A stretch of DNA of 64,000 nt. Origin: Candidatus Cloacimonadales bacterium (lineage in GTDB: Bacteria; Cloacimonadota; Cloacimonadia; Cloacimonadales; DAONDQ01). A program made the translations under genes and the position numbers. Positions 9,149-18,184 of the stretch are shown here, in pieces. The stretch covers positions 2,016,001 through 2,080,000 of the forward strand of contig OY759316.1 in assembly GCA_963662275.1 (NCBI GenBank). The letters are read 5' to 3'. The notes below the pieces were generated by a model. The model searched no databases and was not told the origin of the DNA. It worked only from the letters and a program-made list of their open reading frames with translations. The number at the start of each line of letters is the position of its first letter. The stretch's first letter is position 1.

Positions 9149-12123
9149 TGCAACAAAACTCGGAGGAAAGGGCTTCTGATTCAATCGCTATTATCTATGC
9201 TCAATTACTACGTATTGATAAAAAAGAGAATGAATCCCAGGTTATCACTTATACTCTTCATTGTATTGACCTAAGGAAAAATGAATCATTTGTAGTTGAA
9301 GCCTGTTTTGCAGAAAGACAGCCTGGAAATGATTTAGATTTCGTTTCTCTTGCCTGGGAAGGTGCACTAGTCAATTTCATCAATTCAACAATAAGCACGA
9401 ATGATAGAACTCTATTTGTCCAGCACCCGGATACCATGATTGTTCTCGAACCGGACTATTTGATTGATGCATCTGCGATTGCTGAATGTTTCATGGATCG
9501 AACGTATAATCTGATGTTGTATTTTTTGCAGCGTTGCCTACCTAGTCCTTCAAGCCCATCAATGATTTCCGGGATCTTGGTAAATCAACTATTAGATGCG
9601 TATCTCGAAGAAGAATGTCCTGATTTCCAAACAGTTTTCAAACAAGCTCTCATTTCCAATATCTTCACGGCTCTTTATATTGGTTCGGAAGAACTGAATA
9701 GACTACGCAGGCAGGTTACTCTGGAACATCTGCCGGTGATTCGGAACATAGCTGCATTGTGGAAGGATAAGCAGAAAACGCTGGAACCTTCATTTATTTC
9801 AATTGATTATGGTTTACAGGGAAGATTGGATGTACTTTTGGAAGTTCGAAGTGCAGATGAAGAAGATCACCCTGCCTCTCTTCTCAAGGGGGGAAGTACG
9901 AAAATGGAAGATGAAGAAGATCACCCTGCCTCTCTTCTCAAGGGGGATAATAATAGGGATATCATCGAACTGAAGAGCAGTAAAGCCAGGGATAGGGATG
10001 TTTGGACAAATCACAGGATGCAGGTAGTATGCTATCATCTGATTTTGCGTTCAGTTTATGGAAATAGCCGTAAAGGAAATAACTACATTTTGTATTCTCG
10101 TGCCCCGAATCATCCTCTTCGGGAAGTTCCAACATCCAATGTATGGGAAAAACAGGTTATTTCAGTTCGTAATGCTATCATTTCCAAGATTCATGCGATC
10201 GCCTTCGAAAAAGATTCACTATTGAATATGAATGTTGAGAATTTCGGTGAATTCCCTATTTTTAAAAAAGATGACCTGGTTGAGTTTCAATACCTGGTAA
10301 AACAGCTATCTTCCATCGAATCCATTTATATTGATAAGTTCGTCCAATTTCTCTTTAGGGAATTATGGCATACGAAAGTGGGTGTCTCATCCCAACTGAA
10401 TAAAAGAAATTATGGTTTTAGTGCACTCTGGAAGTTGTCGAAAAATGAAAAGAAAGAAGATTTTACTATCATGGAAGGACTTTCATTTTCTTCAATTATT
10501 GATAATCAGATCATCTTCCAGGTCAATCAAGATAAGAATGTTACGAATTTTCGGAAAGGTGATATTGTTATTCTTTATCCAGGCTGTGCAGATGAGAGAA
10601 TCCTTCTGAAGGATCAAATACGGAAAGGATTCATTGTAGAACTGAGTCATACTCAATTAGTACTGCAAATGAAGAATCCTGGCAGTTTACAGCATCTTCT
10701 GGATCAGTATCGGCAATGGGTCATCGAGCATGATTTTATGGAAAGCGGTACGATAAATATGATTCGGGGTATGTTCAATTTTATGCGGGGAGACAAGACA
10801 AAAAGAGAATTAATTCTAGGTATTACTCCTCCTAAATCATTATCTATTCAACTACCAGACCGTGATGATGAATCGGAAACCATCATTCTGAAAGCACTTG
10901 CTGCACAGGATTACTTCCTGGTGCAAGGACCTCCCGGAACTGGGAAGACATCCCGCATCCTGACTTCATTGGTTTCGAGGATTCTGGTTCAAACTCATGA
11001 ACATATGATGATACTGGCGTTTACCAATCGGGCAGTTGATGAAATCTGTGACCGATTGGAGCAGTATGATATTGATTTCATCCGTCTTGGCAATGGGATG
11101 AATACGAAGTATCATTATCTTCCCCAAATGATACAGGAAATGACATTCAAAGAGATTGAAGAACTAATCTCTTCGACTCGTGTGTTTGTTTCAACCGTAT
11201 CCTCTTTGTTAAGTCAATACCAGGAATTGTTGAGAATCAAGAACTTTGATACTCTCTTCGTTGATGAAGCTTCACAACTCCTGGAACCGCATTTGGCTGG
11301 AATTCTCATCCATTTCAACCGTTTTATCCTGATTGGTGACCAAAATCAATTACCCGCTGTTGTTTCTCAAAACGCAGATGAATTGTTTTCTGCTGATCCT
11401 TTATTTTCCGATTTGGCATTTCATAGTCTGCACCAATCTTTATTTGAAAGATTATACCGAAGATGTGTGGAGCAGCATTGGAATCATGCTTTCGATATGC
11501 TGACAAACCATTATCGGATGCATTCGGATATCGAAAATCTAGTGAATCCTTTCTATCATAACAGATTGAAAGCTAATTCCGCGAGACAGTCTCTCGAATG
11601 GAATAAAATAGCAGCTACCGGGGAAAGGATTGATGAAATTCTTGCCAGTAGCCGGGTTATTTTTCTTGAAGTATCACCCAATACAGAATTCAAACGTTCT
11701 GCAAATGAAGCCAGGATAGTTGATTTACTGCTGCAAGCTATTTATAAACAATACGGGGATTCTTTTGATCAGCAGAAAGTCGGTGTAATAACAACCTGGC
11801 GTGCCCAGATTAATGAAATTGTCTCACATATCAGCGAACCGAATCTGATACGTGATGTGACGGTGGATACAGTTGAGAGATTCCAGGGATCAGAACGTGA
11901 TATCATTATTTTTTCAACGGCATTATCTGCCCCTGGACAATTACAAATTATTCAGTCAATTTCTCCAGATCAAATGGTTGATAGAAAATTAAATGTTGCC
12001 ATCTCTAGGGCACGTGAACAATTTATCCTTCTTGGAGATGCCCTGATATTAAATCAGTCGCTTCAATACAGACGTATCCTGGATTTAATCAGAATCATGC
12101 ACGGTTATTATGTCGTGGAGTAA
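9148..12123 (+). CDS. Dna2-like nuclease-helicase (PD-(D/E)xK nuclease + SF1 UPF1/DNA2 helicase)
   Basis: GRLD...IIELKS and QV..Y RecB-family motifs; QGPPGTGKT, VDEASQ, GDQNQLP, YRM, TVERFQGSERD, LNVAISRAR helicase motifs. Confidence 0.9.
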   Translation: MQQNSEERASDSIAIIYAQLLRIDKKENESQVITYTLHCIDLRKNESFVVEACFAERQPGNDLDFVSLAWEGALVNFINSTISTNDRTLFVQHPDTMIVLEPDYLIDASAIAECFMDRTYNLMLYFLQRCLPSPSSPSMISGILVNQLLDAYLEEECPDFQTVFKQALISNIFTALYIGSEELNRLRRQVTLEHLPVIRNIAALWKDKQKTLEPSFISIDYGLQGRLDVLLEVRSADEEDHPASLLKGGSTKMEDEEDHPASLLKGDNNRDIIELKSSKARDRDVWTNHRMQVVCYHLILRSVYGNSRKGNNYILYSRAPNHPLREVPTSNVWEKQVISVRNAIISKIHAIAFEKDSLLNMNVENFGEFPIFKKDDLVEFQYLVKQLSSIESIYIDKFVQFLFRELWHTKVGVSSQLNKRNYGFSALWKLSKNEKKEDFTIMEGLSFSSIIDNQIIFQVNQDKNVTNFRKGDIVILYPGCADERILLKDQIRKGFIVELSHTQLVLQMKNPGSLQHLLDQYRQWVIEHDFMESGTINMIRGMFNFMRGDKTKRELILGITPPKSLSIQLPDRDDESETIILKALAAQDYFLVQGPPGTGKTSRILTSLVSRILVQTHEHMMILAFTNRAVDEICDRLEQYDIDFIRLGNGMNTKYHYLPQMIQEMTFKEIEELISSTRVFVSTVSSLLSQYQELLRIKNFDTLFVDEASQLLEPHLAGILIHFNRFILIGDQNQLPAVVSQNADELFSADPLFSDLAFHSLHQSLFERLYRRCVEQHWNHAFDMLTNHYRMHSDIENLVNPFYHNRLKANSARQSLEWNKIAATGERIDEILASSRVIFLEVSPNTEFKRSANEARIVDLLLQAIYKQYGDSFDQQKVGVITTWRAQINEIVSHISEPNLIRDVTVDTVERFQGSERDIIIFSTALSAPGQLQIIQSISPDQMVDRKLNVAISRAREQFILLGDALILNQSLQYRRILDLIRIMHGYYVVE
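9855..9946 (+). repeat. 38-bp direct repeat (54-bp period) inside the helicase gene
   Basis: AGATGAAGAAGATCACCCTGCCTCTCTTCTCAAGGGGG at 9855-9892 and 9909-9946, encoding DEEDHPASLLKG twice. Confidence 0.95.
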
Positions 12124-12539
12124 GATTCCGATCTTACTGAATCATAGCTCCGACTTCAAGCGGTTAAGTCTTGTGGAGTAAGATTCCGATCTTACTGAAT
12201 CGTAGCACCGACTTCAGGCGGTTAAATCTTGTGGAGTAAGTTTCCGATCTTACTGAATCGTAGCGCCGACTTCAGGCGGTTATGTCTTGTGGAGTAAGAT
12301 TCCGATCTTACTGAATCGTAGCACCGACTTCAGGCGGTTATGTCTTGTGGAGTAAGATTCCGATCTTACTGAATCGTAGCACCGACTTCAGGCGGTTATG
12401 TCTTGTGGAGTAAGATTCCGATCTTACTGAATCGTAGCACCGACTTCAGGCGGTTATGTCTTGTGGAGTAAGATTCCGATCTTACTGAATCGTAGCACCG
12501 ACTTCAGGCGGTTATGTCTTGTGGAGTAAGATTCCGATC
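12115..12539 (+). repeat. 58-bp tandem array (7 full + 1 partial) of two alternating REP-like hairpins (BIME-like)
   Basis: Unit GTGGAGTAAGATTCCGATCTTACTGAATCGTAGCACCGACTTCAGGCGGTTATGTCTT starting at 12115, 12173, 12231, 12289, 12347, 12405, 12463, 12521. Confidence 0.95.
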
Positions 12540-12568
12540 ATGCTGTCTTTATAAAGAGAGGTTGAAAT

Positions 12569-13690
12569 ATGAGAATAGCTTTCTTAGGTCCAGCATATCC
12601 ACATCGTGGTGGTATAGCTCAATTTATGGCAAGTTGGGCAGATAATTTTATTAAAGCCGGACACGAAGTTATGATTTTCTCTTTTATTCACCAGTATCCG
12701 GAATGGCTTTTCCCTGGAAAAGATCAGCAAGATCATAGTGAGACAATCTTACAATTACCTATCCAACCTGTTTTAACACCTTATAATCCACTAACTTTTA
12801 TGAAAACGGTCATAGCAATAAAAAAATATAAGCCTGATGTGTTAATTCTGAAGTATTGGATCCCATTCTTTGCACCGGCATTTGGTTTCATTCTAAGAAA
12901 ACTGAAGCAGCAAACTAAGATTCGGATCCTTTATAACATAGATAATATAGATTTTCATGAAAGATGGTTATTTTCAAATTCTTTAACAAGATATGCGCTT
13001 AGTCCGGCAGATTACTACATGACTATGTCAAATTCTGTTTATCAAAGTTTGAAGCGAATCATGCCCAAAGTAGCAGAGAATAGAATCATACAATCCTATC
13101 ATCCTACCTATGATTTTTATAAGCAAAAGAAAACTCTTTCTCCAGAAAAACCAGCAAATGAAGCTCAACAAATCCTATTTTTTGGATTTATTAAGCATTA
13201 TAAAGGACTTGATACTTTGTTAAATGCCATGCCATTGGTTATCAGTAAGATGCCTAAAATTATGCTGATTATTGTAGGTGAAGTATATGGTAATGATAAT
13301 AAATATAAAAATATGATAACAACTCTGCATATTGAGAGAAATGTCGAATTCCACGCTGTATATGTTCCCAATGAAGAGGTACAGAACTATTTTACCAATG
13401 CTGATGTTTGCGTTTTACCATATCGCACAGCTACCCAGAGCGGAATTACCCAGCTTGCTTTTGCTTTTCACATGCCCGTGATTGCTACAAGAGTGGGTGG
13501 TTTGACAGAAGTTATCGAAGAAGATAAAAACGGCTTTTTAGTTGACCCCGAGAATCCGGAACAACTTGCAGAGGCTATTCTTCGTTTTTATGAAAATAAC
13601 TGCCGACCTCGATTTGTGAAATATATCGCAGAGCAGCAAAGAACATATTCTTGGGAATCACTTGTTAAATCTATTGAGGAATTACTATGA
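12569..13690 (+). CDS. Glycosyltransferase family 4
   Basis: GPAYPHRGGIA, FFGFIKHYKGLD, LPYRTATQSG, PVIATRVGGL.E motifs. Confidence 0.9.
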   Translation: MRIAFLGPAYPHRGGIAQFMASWADNFIKAGHEVMIFSFIHQYPEWLFPGKDQQDHSETILQLPIQPVLTPYNPLTFMKTVIAIKKYKPDVLILKYWIPFFAPAFGFILRKLKQQTKIRILYNIDNIDFHERWLFSNSLTRYALSPADYYMTMSNSVYQSLKRIMPKVAENRIIQSYHPTYDFYKQKKTLSPEKPANEAQQILFFGFIKHYKGLDTLLNAMPLVISKMPKIMLIIVGEVYGNDNKYKNMITTLHIERNVEFHAVYVPNEEVQNYFTNADVCVLPYRTATQSGITQLAFAFHMPVIATRVGGLTEVIEEDKNGFLVDPENPEQLAEAILRFYENNCRPRFVKYIAEQQRTYSWESLVKSIEELL

Positions 13691-14949
13691 AAAAATTTAT
13701 CCTCCTTTCCTACTATTTCCCTCCATGTGGTGGAGCAGGTGTCCAGAGATGGCTCAGACTTCTGAAGTATCTGCCCGAATATGGCTGGCAACCTACGGTA
13801 ATTACAACGGATGATGGTGATTATCCCGTACGTGATGAATCTCTTTTGGATCATGTACCTAAAAGAGTAAAAGTCATTCATACAAAGACGCTTTCTTTTG
13901 GACATATGTTCAGATCTATGTCTGGAGACCAGGCTGGATTGCCCTATGGAAGTTTACAAACAGATAAGAATGACGGTATTTGGAAGAAATCTCTTTTCTG
14001 GATTCGTTTGAATCTCATTTTTCCTGATGCTCGTGTCATTTGGAATCATTCTTGCCTGAAAGCAGCTTTGAAAGAGCTTCTTACTGATAAATATTCCTGT
14101 GTAATCACTACCGGTCCACCACAATCCACTCATCTGGTTGGAATGAAACTGAAAAAAGCATATCATGTAAAATGGATAGCTGATTTCCGAGATCCCTGGA
14201 CAAAGATTATTTATTTGAAATTCGTTTCTCAGAATCGATTGATTAAGAGATTGAATCTGAGGGCAGAAAGAAAGGCTGTTGCAAGAGCTGATTTGAATTT
14301 GGTCATTTCACAATACATCTCTGATAGTTTGTCGCACGGAAATAAGCAAGTGTTCTGGAATGGATTTGATCCTTCAGATTTCCTGGATATGAAATATGAA
14401 AGAAGTCTTGTATTTCGTATTAAATATATGGGGAATCTGACTGATGGACAAGATATCCATCAAATATTGAAAATACTTCTGAAGTGGCTCGTTAATAATC
14501 CTAAAATTCACATAGAATTCAGTTTTCTTGGTACTTTCCAGGAAATTCCCAAGGATATTCAAGCCTATGGTATCAATATCAGAAATATGGCTTTTATGCC
14601 GCACCAGGAAGCTTTAAAGGAAACTGTTGATGCGGAGCTATTGCTGCTTATTATTAATGAGTATGAAGGGAATGAAGGGATGTTAACCAACAAGCTTTTT
14701 GAATATATCGGTTCCAGGACTCCAATTCTCTGCCTGGGACCACTTCATGGTGAAGCTGCCTCAATCATCACTAAATTCAAGGCTGGAACAGTATATGATT
14801 ATACAGATGAAAATGGGGTACTGAATACTTTAGATTCACAATATAATAAATGGAATACCGGCGAAGATTTACGTAATACTGAGGATATTTCTGAATTATC
14901 CGCTCCTGTTCAAGCTAAGAAGCTTTCTGAAATTCTTGATAAACTGTAG
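13687..14949 (+). CDS. Glycosyltransferase family 4-like
   Basis: YYFPPCGGAGVQRW, ITTGPP.STHL, WIADFRDPWT, KLFEY motifs; ATGA overlap with upstream gene. Confidence 0.88.
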   Translation: MKKFILLSYYFPPCGGAGVQRWLRLLKYLPEYGWQPTVITTDDGDYPVRDESLLDHVPKRVKVIHTKTLSFGHMFRSMSGDQAGLPYGSLQTDKNDGIWKKSLFWIRLNLIFPDARVIWNHSCLKAALKELLTDKYSCVITTGPPQSTHLVGMKLKKAYHVKWIADFRDPWTKIIYLKFVSQNRLIKRLNLRAERKAVARADLNLVISQYISDSLSHGNKQVFWNGFDPSDFLDMKYERSLVFRIKYMGNLTDGQDIHQILKILLKWLVNNPKIHIEFSFLGTFQEIPKDIQAYGINIRNMAFMPHQEALKETVDAELLLLIINEYEGNEGMLTNKLFEYIGSRTPILCLGPLHGEAASIITKFKAGTVYDYTDENGVLNTLDSQYNKWNTGEDLRNTEDISELSAPVQAKKLSEILDKL

Positions 14950-15093
14950 AGCATGACGCCGATCATGCTGTCTGTTGCGGAGTAAGATTCCGATCATGCT
15001 GCCTGTTGTGGAGTAAGATTCCGATCTTACTGTTTGTTGTGGAGTAAGATTCCGATCTTACTGTCTGTCGTGGAGTAAGAATCCGATCTTACT
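14946..15093 (+). repeat. Five tandem REP-like hairpins (31-bp period), same family as hairpin A of the 58-bp array
   Basis: G(T/C)(A/G)G-AGTAAGAT-TCCG-ATCTTACT variants at 14946, 14977, 15008, 15039, 15070. Confidence 0.9.
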
Positions 15094-15369
15094 GTCTCCG
15101 AATTATTCTTTAGGATACTCTAAGCTACTCGGAAAAAAAGATTTTCGTTACCAATGATCAGAGCAGAGTTCTCCGAGTGAATAGATGGTCATTGAGCGAA
15201 GTCGAAATGCATCTATTAGTATCGAGGAGACGACATTACACTCAAATCGACCTTTCATCCTCGGCAGCGAAAACCTGTTTTCAAGGAAGTTCAGAAGTGA
15301 TATCTTCTATTCTGCAATTCGTAATTCTAATTCGTAATTCGTAATTCTTAATCAGAATTTCTGCTTCTT

Positions 15370-17712
15370 CTATTTCACCTTTATCATCTTCTTAGCATAG
15401 CTATGCCCCGGTTTATCCACTTTGCAGAAATAGACACCCGATGCTGTTGATTTGCCGTTATCATCCAAACCATTCCAGGTTAGCTGAATCGTTCCCGAAC
15501 CCATCTTACCCGCTGCGAGTGTTTTGACCTGCTGACCGCGAATATTGAAGATATTGATTACTATTTCATCAGGTGCGGGTAAATCAAATTCAATCTTTGT
15601 GTTTTCCCGGAAAGGATTAGGATAAATCCTGATATTGGATACATCCGCAATGGGTGTAGTATCATCATGAACATCTACAGAACCGTATTCATAACAGCCC
15701 ATATCAACACCATTCCCATGAATACGGGGAGCGCCGTTCAGATCATAGGGATACAACCCACCCGGCACATCATTTGTCCCTGCATCAATACAGGGAGAAC
15801 CGGAGGCTAGTTCATATGGCTTTTCAGTGTTACCTGAATTGAATAAAGGCAATTCATTAATATTCCCTTCCTGCCAATAAATAGTTCCCCACCAGTCTTC
15901 ATTGAAAACTCCATCAATTCCATCTTGTACATTACAGTGATTAAAAGCCACGTGATTAACCGGCGGATTAGGCTCAAATGGATGAAGCAAATATACCTGG
16001 TGGGATGTATCATTCGCAAATATGCAGTTCCAGAAGTTTACCGAGTCTGCACATATCTGTACTGCTGCACTTGGACTTTCGTTATCAGCAAATGTACAAT
16101 TTATTATATTGAATATCCCAAATCCGGAGAATCCAATAGGTCTCCCTTTATACAAATTATTCGAGAAAGTACTTTGGTTATGAGTAAATAAACAGTTTTC
16201 AATACGATAAGTAGGTACTGCATAGTCTAAACTCGTCGTGACAATAGCTGCACCACCATAAGGGATGTGATCAGTGTTGTTTTGAAAAATGCAATAGCGA
16301 ATCAGTACATTGTCTGATGCATCTGTTCTAAGTGCCCCAGCTTGCTCATAATCTATATAGTCTGAATGATTATCTCTGAAAGTGCAGTTATCAAAGGTTG
16401 CCTTGTCAACTCCGCTCATATAAACACCCGCTATTCCATCGGTACTTGAATTATTGACTACTTGGACATTCTTAAAATGATATTCACCGATATAGATAAA
16501 CATCATGGCAGTATAACTTTCTGTATGACAGTCAGAAACAGTTAAATCTTCAAAGCTGATATCTGTTGAATATGCTCCAAATATAGCACTCTTATGAGAT
16601 TCTGAAAAGCAATTTCTGAATGACATTTTCTTTGTATTAAATTTTCTGCATTGATCTGGAATCATCAACAATTGATATCGCTCATCACCATCGATGATTA
16701 CACTCTCTTGAGATGCTCCTTCAATGTTAACAAATGACTTTCCACTCAATGGAAATTTCTGCTGATTCTCAGAAGTTGAATACACTCCAGGCGAAATATG
16801 TACCGTTTTAGGATTGAGGCTATCGCTGGCAATGTTATGCAATGCCCACGCTATAGTTTTCAATGGTGATGCTGAAGAAAGACCATCGTTGTGATTATTT
16901 CCATTCGCAGCAACATATAGATCATGATTAACCTGTGCCAGAAAGGCATGCTGAATATCAAAGGAAAAGTGATACATATCTTCGATGAAGTTAACGACTG
17001 TATTTGCATAATACCGATCCGGATTAATTACAGTAAATGTATCCACTATGACTGGAACTGTGAGAGGAACATCAATACACAAGAAGTCAGTTCCCTCCCC
17101 CGAATAATTGTTATAGATACTGCAGCGCTCATTTGCATTCATCGAAAAACTCACTTCAGAGCCTTCCAGGCAAATACCGCCACCACCAATTGTAGCGAGA
17201 TTATCAACTAATACGGTATCTTTTAGAACAACATTTGCTCGTCTGGCGTATAATCCCCCTCCAGATTCTGTTTCATTCGCAAAAATGCGACAGCTTTCTA
17301 TGGATAACGAACTATATTCTCCTACTAGTATGCCCCCTCCTTGGATACAGTAGTAGTAATAAAATCCTGCCCCGTTGGTAATAGAGAAGCCGATTATCCT
17401 GGCGGAAGTTTCTCCGCCCATCACACGTACACAACTACCCATCCGTTGACCGTCAATAATCGTCGTCCCGATATAGACAGGATCATTTGTCGTGAACTTC
17501 AAACTGGCAACTGTAATGTTTTTACCGTTAAAATCAATGTTCTCCAAATACCTGCCCGGATGTACAAGTACCAAGTCACCATTATTAGAGGCATTGATGG
17601 CTGCCTGGATGGTTAGGTAATTCCCCAGCCCATCCTGTCTGACAGTGATCGTAATGGCACTTAGTGATACTATTGAGAGCGTAACAATGATCAGCAGCAT
17701 GAATTTTAACAT
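15370..17712 (-). CDS. Secreted parallel beta-helix (DUF1565-like) protein with T9SS/FlgD-type C-terminal domain
   Basis: Signal peptide; Y.TIQAAI...GD.VLVHPGRY.ENI; GGG/N-rich beta-helix repeats; SPCIDAG...DMGCYEY; IYPNPF...IFNIRGQQVKTL...WNG.D..G...ASGVYF. Confidence 0.85.
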   Translation of the reverse strand: MLKFMLLIIVTLSIVSLSAITITVRQDGLGNYLTIQAAINASNNGDLVLVHPGRYLENIDFNGKNITVASLKFTTNDPVYIGTTIIDGQRMGSCVRVMGGETSARIIGFSITNGAGFYYYYCIQGGGILVGEYSSLSIESCRIFANETESGGGLYARRANVVLKDTVLVDNLATIGGGGICLEGSEVSFSMNANERCSIYNNYSGEGTDFLCIDVPLTVPVIVDTFTVINPDRYYANTVVNFIEDMYHFSFDIQHAFLAQVNHDLYVAANGNNHNDGLSSASPLKTIAWALHNIASDSLNPKTVHISPGVYSTSENQQKFPLSGKSFVNIEGASQESVIIDGDERYQLLMIPDQCRKFNTKKMSFRNCFSESHKSAIFGAYSTDISFEDLTVSDCHTESYTAMMFIYIGEYHFKNVQVVNNSSTDGIAGVYMSGVDKATFDNCTFRDNHSDYIDYEQAGALRTDASDNVLIRYCIFQNNTDHIPYGGAAIVTTSLDYAVPTYRIENCLFTHNQSTFSNNLYKGRPIGFSGFGIFNIINCTFADNESPSAAVQICADSVNFWNCIFANDTSHQVYLLHPFEPNPPVNHVAFNHCNVQDGIDGVFNEDWWGTIYWQEGNINELPLFNSGNTEKPYELASGSPCIDAGTNDVPGGLYPYDLNGAPRIHGNGVDMGCYEYGSVDVHDDTTPIADVSNIRIYPNPFRENTKIEFDLPAPDEIVINIFNIRGQQVKTLAAGKMGSGTIQLTWNGLDDNGKSTASGVYFCKVDKPGHSYAKKMIKVK

Positions 17713-17728
17713 CTTTTCTCCAGGATTA

Positions 17729-17757
17729 TCAGGCAGAGAGACCAGCTCTCTGCCTGA
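17729..17757. terminator. 12-bp stem hairpin just upstream of the RBS of 15370..17712 (terminator/attenuator-like)
   Basis: TCAGGCAGAGAG-accag-CTCTCTGCCTGA. Confidence 0.5.
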
Positions 17758-17888
17758 ATCATGTTTTGTCTCTTTACTTCTGTTTATTTTGATACACGTT
17801 TTAGGATATTAAGTAACTTTTATCAGGTGTTAGAGATGAACCATCGCCTTCACAAGGATGACAGTGCTGTTATTCTGATCTTCTGCCC

Positions 17889-18176
17889 TGACACCTGGCA
17901 CCTAGTACCTAGCACCTAGCACCTAACACCTAGCACCTAACACCTGGCACCTAGTACCTAGCACCTAACACCTAGCACCTAGCACCTAACACCTAGCACC
18001 TGGCACCTGGCACCTAACACCTAGCACCTGGCACCTGGCACCTAACACCTAGCACCTGGCACCTGGCACCTAACACCTAACACCTAGCACCTAGCACCTA
18101 GCACCTAGCACCTAGCACCTAGCACCTAGCACCTAGCACCTAGCACCTAGCACCTAGCACCTAACACCTAACACCT
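17889..18176. repeat. Degenerate heptamer tandem array, about 41 units of T(A/G)(G/A)CACC
   Basis: TAGCACC/TAACACC/TGGCACC units; TAACACC is the reverse complement of a rotation of the AGGTGTT unit at 2881. Confidence 0.95.
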
Positions 18177-18184
18177 TCTGCAAC

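Noticed and set aside
12115..12539. CRISPR array
   Set aside because: The segments between hairpins are near-identical rather than unique spacers, both halves recur as dispersed REP-like units, and no cas genes are in the window.
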